From the NCBI GenBank assembly GCA_951406725.2, contig OX597815.1:208506001-208570000 (forward strand): 64,000 nt of DNA, read 5' to 3'. Position 1 is the stretch's first letter. Each line of letters begins with the position of its first letter. Positions 53,533-64,000 of the stretch are shown one piece after another. The notes beneath the pieces were generated by a model that made no database searches, was not told the origin of the DNA, and saw only the letters and a program-made list of their open reading frames with translations. A program made the position numbers and the translations under genes. Origin of the DNA: Octopus vulgaris. Taxonomy: Eukaryota.

Positions 53533-55206
53533 TAATGGATTTTTTAGAAATTTCTATGGGTTTGTTTCGAGACACATAAATTATAATGGTTATTGACTAT
53601 TTTTGTCTTTTTTTTCGGCACATTTGGCATTAGAATTTTTCTTCTGCCCTCATTTTGTAAATTATTTATAAATTTAACCTTTAAAGGTATTTTTTAATAT
53701 GCTGGCCATTGATAAAATTTCTTTCCCGCAAAAAAATTTATCCTACATTAGTTATATATATATATATATTAAAGTTGTGAAGAAAGTTAAGACATTTGTT
53801 TATTAAATGTATGATCGTCTTTTGGCAGTTTTCCTCTCTTATATGCTGTATTAGTGTTCCTGTTAATGTTAATGTGTGTGTGTGTGTGTGTGTGTTTTGA
53901 TTATTATTTTGATTTTAAGTTTGTTTGAAATATTAATTATATTGTTTACTACGCAATGGTAAATTGAAGATAGAATTGTCAGGAGGATGTTTCCTGATTT
54001 TGAAACCTCTTGACTATTGGCACACCTGTCATAGAATCTATGCTCATAGAAATGTTTCTAGAATGGCTTGTAGTCATGTTTGCCTCTGTATCAATTTCAA
54101 ATGTTTAAACATAGGCTCAGGTGTGGCTGTGTGGTAAGAAGCTTGCTTCCCAATGACATGGCACCTTGGGCAAGTGTCTCCTACTATAGTCTCGGGCCAA
54201 CCAAAGCCTTGTGTCTGGATTTGATAGACAGAAGCTGAAAGAAGGCGGCAAGCTGGCAGAAACGTTAGCATACCAAGCAAAATGCTTAGCGGTATTTTGT
54301 CTGCCATTACGTTCTGAGTTCAAATTCCGCCGAGGTTGACTTTGCCTTTCATCCTTTCGGGGTCGATTAAATAAGTACCAGTTACGCACTGGGGTCGATA
54401 AAATCGACTTAATCCATTTGTCTGTCCTTGTTTGTCTCCTCTGTGTGTAGCCCCTTGTGGGCAGTAAAGAAATAAGAAACTGAAAGAAGTCTGTCATATA
54501 TACATAGATCATCATCATCATCATCATCATCAGTTAACATCCGTTTTCCATGCTGGCATGGGTTGGATGGTTTGACTGAGGACTGGTGAGCCAGCAGCTG
54601 CACCAAGCTCCAACCTGATCTGGCAGTGTTTCTAAGCTGAAACTGTTGCTATTGGAATGGTGAAACTATTTTTTCATTTTCTGAAAATGCAGCGTTTTGG
54701 ACTTACGACACTTTTGCATAATAACAATATGTATATCTCTCTCTCTCTCTCACCTATGCTAGCATGGAAAGCAGATGTTAAATGATGATGACGATGATGT
54801 TGATACACACACACACACACACACACACTCACACACAAACATATCAATACAAATGTGGGTTCAGCACTCCACTCCAATATCTGGTGCAGTACAATGTAGG
54901 GCATAAACATTGGGATAAGCCAGTGTGCTGAATATGAATTGAATAGTAGAAACAATAGAAATTAAACAGGTTTGGTATTCAATATTTTATAGAACATACA
55001 CATGTTTCAGTAAGATGCCATAATAATTACATAACATCTATTAAAGCATTATGCAATTTTTCATCAGTTTCCTGCAATAAGTGCGCTTTTTATTGCATGA
55101 AGTACAAGACTGCTCAATGTTTCTATAACTTCTGTAATTACTATGGAATTTTGCTGAAATGTGTGTATGTTCTACAAAGCATTAAATACCTTCCCTATTT
55201 TCTGCG

Positions 55207-57322
55207 TTATATGTGTGTGTGTGTATGGTCATGAACCCTCTGAACACCCAGCTTGTTCCCCACATGATTGCACATCCTTGACATTTGCTGTTCTTTTGTG
55301 AACTCCCAGTGTCCCCTGAGGGGGGTGCAGTTGTATGTCCAGACCACTAGTGTAAACTGGTGTTCAGGGATGGTACAATATCTCACCAAGTCTTCTATAC
55401 TGTTCTAATCCTCCATCAATATACTTTTGATTGCTCAATTTAATTAGCTCCTTCAGCTCATATCATATCTTAAAAAGATAAAAGAAAAAAAAAAAGAATA
55501 CTAGATCATGTGATATGTGATCTTAGTGACTTATTAAAACAACAAGGTAATCACTACTGGAATGCTTTTAATTGAATGTCTACTCAACCCTTTAATTACC
55601 AACCCGGCTGAAACTGGCTTTGAGTACAAATGTCTTGTTTTCATAAATTTTGAATTAAAATCTTCCACCAAACCCTAGTCACAATTAATGCTCCTAACAC
55701 CAGCTGAATGATAATTAAGTTATTTTACTAAATTCTTTGTTATATTTAAAATTAATTGAAAGAAACACAGAGTATCTCAACAGAAATTGAATAATAAAAG
55801 GGTTAAAACTTATAGGAATCTCAACTTTATATAAAGGAATCAGAGCATTTTTTAGGAAAAATGTTCATCTTATGTACGTTCACATTTGGTAATTGCATTT
55901 AATTTCTACTAAAGTGTTATATTTAAAGTAACTGGAAAAAAACACAGAGCATCATCATCATCATCGTTTAACGTCTGCTTTCCATGCTAGCATGGGTTGG
56001 ACGGTTCAACTGGGGTCTGGGAAGCCCGAAGGCTGCACCAGGCCCAGTCAGATCTGCCCTTCCTAATGCCAACCACTCCATGAGTGTAGTGGGTGCTTTT
56101 TATGTGTCACCGACACAGGTGCCAGACGAGGCTGGTGAACGGCCATGCTCGGATGGTGTTTTTTATGTGCCACCGACACAGGTGCCAGACGAGACTGGCG
56201 AATGGCCACGCTCGGATGGTGTTTTTTACGTGCCACCGGCATGGAGGCCAGGCGAGGCTGGCACGGCCACGATCGGATAGTGTTTGTTACTTGCCACCAG
56301 CACGGAGGCCAGTCGATGCGGTACTGGCTACGGCCACGTTCGGATGGTTTTCTTATGTGCCACCAGCACTGGTACCACAAAACTACAAATTCCATTGATG
56401 TTCATCGAATTTGATTTGATTCTTTGATTTTTGATTTTGATTTGATTTTTGATTTGATTTTGAGCATCTCAAAATAAATACAGTAACGAAAGGGTTAATC
56501 AGAGGTATCACCTAAGGCCAAACAACAATTCTGGGTTAACAAATGACTACAGTAGCCGTATGTTAATGGGCACCAAAATGGTTTATTAATCTCCCAGCTT
56601 GATTATAATGCTTTTTATAAGAGTGTAATGCTTTTTATTTTTCAGATAATATGTAATTTAATTTGAAGACTCATTTAATTCTCTTCATTGATTCAGTTAT
56701 CTTTTTCTATGACTTTGCAGATTTTGGCAGAAATCTAGTTTTACATTTTTCTAACTTACCTGTAGGTGATGTTTCAGAAAATATAAAATTAAAAACTGAA
56801 TTTTTCTCATGTGATTTCACAGTTTTGTTTTGTTTTTGTTACCACTTTTCTTTTCTATAGATCAATATAGATCTTTAGATTTTTATGTATATATTATGTA
56901 CCTATATACATTCATATTAATAAATTTGTTTTTTTGTGAAGCATTTTCACTTGTTGCGATAACACCTAAGAAATGCTTTTAGTTGGACTTTTTGAATGTG
57001 CTGCATCCATAAGAAGTCAGATGCCTCGATCTTACACCTTCTCTTGCCAACTGTGCACCAGTACATTTTACTGAGTTATAGTAAGTTCTAAAATAATATA
57101 AGTACTTGAAATCCTTTAGGAGATAAGCTAATTTCTTTTTTGCATTTTTGTTGTACCGTTTCTTTCTGTTTTCTTTTTTTCTTTTCTTTTTTTGTTTGCT
57201 TCACCAATAATTAGAGAGCTCGCTACACAGCTGCTGTGTTAGAGGATAATTAGCCTTCTTTCTTTCAATATACATTGATTTCACTTTTATCTCTGAAGTT
57301 TTAGTCACCATCATCATCATCA

Positions 57323-57356
<34 letters not shown>

Positions 57357-58620
57357 TAAAACTTGCAGCTATGTAGAAAAATATTTTTCTGAATCAGCAA
57401 GTATTTTTCATTTGTGCCTATTATGCAATGAACTTAAATTTCTCTGTATCTTAACAATCATTTCCCCCCCTTATCTGAATACTTTTTTCTCTGTTTTTTT
57501 TCCCCCCTTTTTTTTTTTCTCTTCTCTCTTACTGGTTTCAGTTATGGTTGTGGTACTCTTGAGTTACTACTTAAAAGGGTTTCACCCTTTAGCATTCAGA
57601 TTACTCTGTCAGATGCAATACTTTATTTATCACATGAAATCACATGCGAAAAATTCAGTTTTTAATTTCATATTTTCTCAAACTTCACCTAGAGGTAAGT
57701 TAGAAAAATGTAAAATGCATTGCTTAACTAGATTTCTGCCAAAATCTGCAAAGTCATAGAAATAAATAAACAGAATCAATGAAGAGAATTAAATGAGTAT
57801 TTACATTAAGTTTTATATAATCTGAAGAAAAATGCATTACACTCTAATAAAAAAGCACTATAATCATGTTTGAGATAAGCTGGAAGATTAATAGATCATT
57901 ATAGTACCCATTAACATATGGCTTTCTGTCGTGGTTTGTTACTCTGGAGTTGTTGCTTGGCTCTAGGTAACCCCTGGCTAAGTACATCTATGATTGAAGA
58001 CATTCTAACCGTGATTTGTATTCTTATTTTAGTGAGTAGTTAAGATCACATTATCTAATATCCTTTCCTGTTTTCTATGATTTATTTTATAAGATATGAT
58101 ATGAGTTGAACGAGCTGATTAAGTTAAGTTAATTTTTTGGCTCAAAAAGCAAAAAGCAAGGCCATGTAGGGGGACATGGAGTTATGTACAGAGAGGGTGT
58201 TCATGCAAAGAGTTCAGGCCATTTCTGGTCAAGAGAGACTTTGAACCGAGTGGTCGTCGGCATCTTCACTATCTTGTCCGGCAGCTTATTCCACAGATCC
58301 GCAACCCGGATGGAGAAAGCCCCCTCTCCTTCGATTGAGATGAAATCGTCGCAGATAGAGCTTTTCGGAGTGACCCCGCAGCCGACGCTCTGGAGCAGGA
58401 GTGAAGAACAGCTCTTTCGAGAAAGATTAAAATAGTATAGAAGACTTGATGAGATATTGCATCATCCCTGAAAACCAGTTTACACGAGTGGTCTGAATAT
58501 AGACAATTGTGTCCCCTCGGGGGGACACTGGGAGTTCACGAGGAAGCATCAAATGTCATGAGTATGCCACAGTTTGGGGTTCAGGCTGGTTGTTTAGAGG
58601 GGTCATAGTCTTACATATAT
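55207..58620. repeat. Large relatively young inverted repeat (arms 55207-56820 and 57634-58620)
   Basis: 55207-55412/58423-58620, 55440-55585/57978-58120 and 56500-56820/57634-57978 are clearly reverse-complementary; each arm is interrupted by different TEs. Confidence 0.9.
58118..58422 (-). mobile_element. CR1-clade LINE 3' end
   Basis: RRLRGHSEKLY...FSIRVADLWNKLPDKIV...RFKVSLD matches the CR1 C-terminal RGHxxKL...FSxRVxxxWNxLP motif; short (TTAAC)n tail. Confidence 0.8.
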
Positions 58621-59597
58621 AAAAGAACACAAATGAAGTTTAAATTTTAAGTCGTCTATTTTTATGCTTACACCATACCTTGTACCAGCCCTGAGATATC
58701 TGTGTTGTTTAATTGGAGTTGATACTTACATATCTACAGTGTCCTACCAATACTTGATAGCTTCATGGATGTTGTACCTCCCTGTGAAGCCTATATTATT
58801 GTACCTAGCCATTTCTGGTGTCCTGCATGTTGATGTGCCTAGATTATTTTGAACCCCATAACTAATATATACATACATATATATATATAGTTAATCCAAA
58901 CATGAACAAAGAGAAAAAACAGCAACGCGAGGACGTGGAACAAATATAGTGTTATTGGACGCTCAGGAAAGGGAAAAAAGAAGGAGGATTTAATGTTTCG
59001 AGCGGAGCTCTTCGTCAGAAACATAGAAAAAGGAAAGGTCCAAGGAAGGGAAGACGGAGAAAGAAAAGTGTCAACAATACACACGCGGTTATATATTGAA
59101 ATCCTATATATATATCATCATCATCATTATCATCATTTAGCCTCCGCTTTCCATGCTAGCATGGGTTGGAGGGTTCGACCGGGGTCTGGGAAGCCAGAAG
59201 GCTGCATCAGGCCCAGTCTGATCTGGCAATGTTTCTACGGCTGGATGCCCTTCCTAATGCCAACCACTCCGTGAGTATAGTGGGTGCTTTTTATGTGCCA
59301 GACGGAGCTGGCAGACGGCCACGGACGGATGGTGCTTTTTACGTGCCACCGGCACGGGGGCCAGGCGAGGCTGGCAACATATATATACATTTATTCTAAA
59401 GTGGCACTTCATTGGTTATGATGATAAGGGTTTTCAGTTGATCCTGCTTGTGAAATAAACGTGCAAGTGGGGTAGTTGCTCCCACTTCTACGCGTTCTTC
59501 TCACACTGTTTCTCATTGAAGCCCTTTTATGCCTTGTTTTTTTTTTTAGTGAAGTTACGTGTGTGTGTGTGAATGTTATCTATCTATCTATATCTAC

Positions 59598-59638
<41 letters not shown>

Positions 59639-60912
59639 AATAATTATTTATTCATTTAATCCCATTCTTATTAACTAAGTCAATATTGGATTATGAGCAT
59701 TTCTGTATTGATACAGCAATAATAAAGCAGCTCAATATTTGATTACACTCAGAGCTTTTTTACACGAGTTTTTCATAATTTATTAATTAGGAAATATGTT
59801 CTGTGTAACTTTGTATCGACTTCTTTCTGCGAAGGGTTGCTATTAATGTTGCTATTAATATATTTATCAGCTTTGTTCCATTTTCCTTGGTAAATCTGTA
59901 AATCAAATATTCCACCAAAAGAAAGAAAACAAAAAGAAAGATTTTCTTTTATTGATTCTATATTCCTCTTTGCCAGTTATTTCAATTTTTTTTTTGTTTG
60001 TTTTGGTGTTAAGTAAAGAGACAATTTTATCTGAGCAATTTAGATATTTCTGGAACTGAACTGTTGTGCAAGAATATGAGATATATTGGCAACATGGCTT
60101 TGAATGATTCTTAAATGAGTAATATAAAGAATTTTAGGGGATTTTCTGTTCTGTGTGAACCAAATAGGTATAGGTGTGTTGTGTTGAAGAAGCAAAACTA
60201 CAATGCTGTAAATTTGTTTCATTTCTTCTTTAACCCTTTAGCATTCAGATTACTCTGTCAAATGAAAAGCCTGTTTAATTACATTGTTTTAAATTAATTG
60301 TACAGCATCTTGTAACTCTGAGATTTTGATGATGTCCCTGTTTATTTTTAGAATGACTTTGTAGGGTAGGTGTGAGAGGTCAGAGCTAGCTGGTTTGAGC
60401 ATAAAACAGGAAGACAATTTTGGCCTGGTATGGCCGGTTTAAACACTAAAGGGTTAATACCATAAATAAAGTGATTGATAAAGCAATGTAATCGTACTTT
60501 CTTCATGGGAAACCTCAATCTAGCTGTTTAACCTGTCAACTGTAGCAGCCAAAACTCCCTCAAATCATATCCTACCGTCTTAAAAAAGCAGAAAGAAGGA
60601 CATGCTGGATAATGTATTTAAATATATTCTCTTCCAGTCACGTTTTTTCAGTGCTGGAGCTGTGGATTCTCAAAGCAATATGACCTGGAGAGTTGGAAAG
60701 CCCAGTGGCAGTTACTTCTGATAGGCCCCTCTGGAAATGGACCCTTTTCCCTGAGGACTCTCCCTCCCCACTGATCCTCCCAGGAAAGTGGGCAGAGAAG
60801 GGTGGATGGATGCAAGAGACTGACACAACTTGCCACCAATGTCATTGCAAGTATTCTTGCTTGAATGGGAAAAGCTGGAATAAATACTGCAGCATGTTCT
60901 GTCTGGAACTGT

Positions 60913-61312
60913 AAGCGCAGGAGTGGCTGTGTAGTAAGTAGCTTGCTTACCAACCACATGGTTCCAGGTTCAGTCACACTGCGTGGCACCTTGGGCAAGT
61001 GTCTTCTAGTAAAGCCTCGGGCCAACCAAAGCCTTGTGAGTGGATTTGGTAGACGGAAACTGAAAGAAGCCCGTCGTATATATATATATATATATATGTG
61101 TGTTTGTGTGTCTGTGTTTGTCCCCCAACATCGCTTGACAACTGATGCTGGTGTGTTTAAGTCCCCGTAACTTAGTGGTTCGGCAAAAGAGCCCGATAGA
61201 ATAAGTACTAGGCTTACAAAGAAGAAGTTCTGGGATCGATTTGCTCGACTAAAGTCGGTGCTCAAGCATGGCCACAGTCAAATGACTAAAACAAATAAAA
61301 GAATAAAAGAGT
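60913..61312 (+). mobile_element. SINE family A
   Basis: Full-length copy. Confidence 0.9.
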
Positions 61313-61917
61313 AAGCTACCACCCATGAGGAGAGTTTTTTTTTTCTTTATTAAGCTAAGCTTGGCAAGATTTGAACTCATTGTGCAAAGAATTGGAACAA
61401 ATGCTGTGAGACATTCTAACTGATGTTCTTAAGACTCTGCCAACCCATCACCTTATAATAATAGGTAGATATGGTGTTTATACATCTGTTTGTGATATGC
61501 AGTGTTGGCTGAAATTTATAGATATATTCTGTAGTAGAGTATAACATTGGAACAAAACATCAACACATCAATAATTTATTAATAGATCTGTCATGTCTAG
61601 TAAACTGTCTATGTGGTAATTTGCTTCTGTTTCAAAGAAGTAATGTTATTTAGCTCCAGGCCAGACCTGATCTGGGGGAACCTATACTCATAGGACATTT
61701 CATCAGTGAATTGCTGGTTTTTTTGTTTGTTTGTTTTTATGTCAGATGCATTCTGTTTAGAATCACATTATCCAGTGCTTACTCTCTTTTGGTTTTATAA
61801 GAGAGCTATAGCTGCTATTTCTATTTGACTGAGCAACTACAGAGAGGCTCCCTTGGTTTCATGAAAAATGTTTTTATAAAATGCAGATCATTATTATTAT
61901 CATTATTATTTTTATTA

Positions 61918-63067
61918 TTGAGTGAGAGAGCAGTGCATGCCATCAAAGTGACACTGGGGTAAAATATACGAAGCCCAGTATACCCATCATGACTACCCGT
62001 CTGATAAGGGTACACCAGGCACATGCATCACAACTGAGTGTGCGTAGCATGGTGATCTCATATCAAGATAAACAGAACATGACCTTGCAGGTGGGACTTA
62101 GTTAGAATTTTCTTCTGGTCGAGTAACCAATTCCGCTCAAAAGGTCCTTGAATAAGGGTTGTTTAAGGATGTTGAACGAAACACCCATGTTTCCAGAGGG
62201 GGATTCTTCAAACCCCCAAGAATCCCTCTCAACACATGGCTATGATGCTCTACAGTTACTTCTGCCTGTGATCAGAGATGCATATATCGTCAGCCACTAA
62301 GGGACATGCTCAACTGGTTAAGGTCAAACAACTGACAAGCAAATCTGTGGTATTGAGCAGAATATTTGCTGTAGCCCATCTTTTATACCAAGACAAAACA
62401 ATGTACATGATAACACTTCCAATCAGTTAAGATCAGAAGCCATGAATGCCACTGCCTGGTACTGCATCAGGGCATTTATTATTATCATTATTATTATTAT
62501 TATTATTATTGAGTGAGAGAGCAGTTCATGCCATCAAAGTGACACGGGTAAAATATACGAAGCCCAGTATACCCATCATGACTACCCGTCTGATAAGGGT
62601 ATACCAGGCACATGCATCACAACCAAATGTGCGCAACATGGTGATCACATATCAAGATAAACAGCACATGACCTTGCAGGTGGGGCCCAGATAGAATTTT
62701 CTTCTGGTCGAGTAACCAATTCCGCTCAAAAGGTCCCTGCATAAGGGTTGTTTAAGGATGTTGAACAAAACACCCATGTTTCCAGAGGGGAATTCTTCAA
62801 ATCCCCAAGAATTCATCTCAACACATGGCTATGATGCTCCCCCACTACTTCTGCTCGTGATCAGAGATGCACATATCGTCAGCCACTAAGGGACATCCTC
62901 AAATGGTTTCAGGTCAAACAACTGACGAGCAAATCTGTGGTATTGAGCAGAATATTTGCTGTAGCCCATCTTTTATACCAAGACAAAACAATGTACATGA
63001 TAACACTTCCAATCAGTTAAGATCAGAAGCCATGAGAGCCACTGCCTGGTACTGCATCAGGGCATTT
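61918..63067. repeat. Tandem dimer of a ~560-bp element embedded in (ATT)n
   Basis: 61918-62476 and 62508-63067 are highly similar, separated and flanked by ATT repeats. Confidence 0.9.
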
Positions 63068-63641
63068 ATTATTATTATTATTATTATTATTTTATTAATT
63101 TGACTCAGGTTTAGTCTTATTCCTGGTAGGATTTATGAGGGTAGCAGGTTACTACCTGTAACCTTAATTATCCGCTAGCTTTCAATTGTCTTTCAAGTGC
63201 TTTGCACTCTCCTGACGGTATTTCCTGTCCTTAAGAGGCAAACCTTCTGTAGAAGCCCTGCAGGACATTCTATTCCAAACTCCTTCAACCATTTATGACA
63301 ATACCCAATGCACCAGTTATGCACCAGGCACAACCATTACAGTTTTCATATTCGAAGGTATTGTATTTTTTGTTTTTTGTTTTTTGTTTTTCGTTTTCTT
63401 TCTTTACAATCCAAGAATGAAAGGGACACGATGGATCAATTAGTAAGCAACTTCGCTTTTTCTTGTCTTTTAGTATTTTCTAGCTTCTTGTCCATTTGGA
63501 TAGGGAAGTCCCACAAAATCTTACATTTCTCCAACCCCAGCACACTTTCGACCCTATGATCTTACCTTATGTCTACTATTTGTAATACAAGTAGTAAGAG
63601 TAATTGTAATAGTAGTAGTAGTTGTAGTAGTAGTAGTAGTT

Positions 63642-63673
<32 letters not shown>

Positions 63674-64000
63674 AGGCAACAAACTGGAAGAATGGTGAGT
63701 GAACCAGATGCTAATGTTTGGCAGCATTTCTGATGGCTTTTTACCTTCTGAGTTCAAATTCCACTGAGGTTAATTTTTGCCTTTCATCCCTTTCAGGGTC
63801 GATAAAATAGAGTACCAGTCAAGTGCTGGGGGGGGGGGGGTCAATATAATCTACTTGTCACCTCCCTTCAGAATTGCTAGCCTTGTGCCAAAAGTTTTGT
63901 AAGAACTATTTTGATTATGAGTTGTGCGTCTGAATATTGGTAGCACTCCTCTCTTAATAAAGAAAGAAGGGAACTAAGAAAGCCAGGTCAACAAAGACAC

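Overview
Eukaryotic, AT-rich, repeat-dense DNA. The SINE, LINE and MITE families and the microsatellite load point to an octopus (coleoid cephalopod) genome; this is inferred, not database-checked. The only host coding sequence found is the first coding exon (2695-2839, +) of a DEAD-box helicase matching DDX49/Dbp8. I found no second exon, so 2840-64000 is probably one intron of >61 kb, filled with SINEs, RTE/CR1/Penelope fragments, mariner, Helitron-like and TTAA MITEs. A Chapaev3-like transposase remnant lies upstream. Most ORFs in the track are repeat artefacts. Main discovery, from manual comparison: the non-repeat islands of this intron are antiparallel, colinear complements of each other. 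They form an outer stem (about 5.4-9.8k with 61.5-64k) closing on two adjacent giant fold-backs (9.8-16.8k with 20.7-27.0k, and 27.06-42k with 49-60.2k). Many mismatches are G:U-compatible on the + (pre-mRNA) strand, which suggests a whole-intron RNA fold-back. Also present: a complete sense-strand hammerhead ribozyme, a duplicated ~340-bp element in both hairpin loops, an apparently A-to-G hypermutated repeat, and a younger nested inverted repeat.
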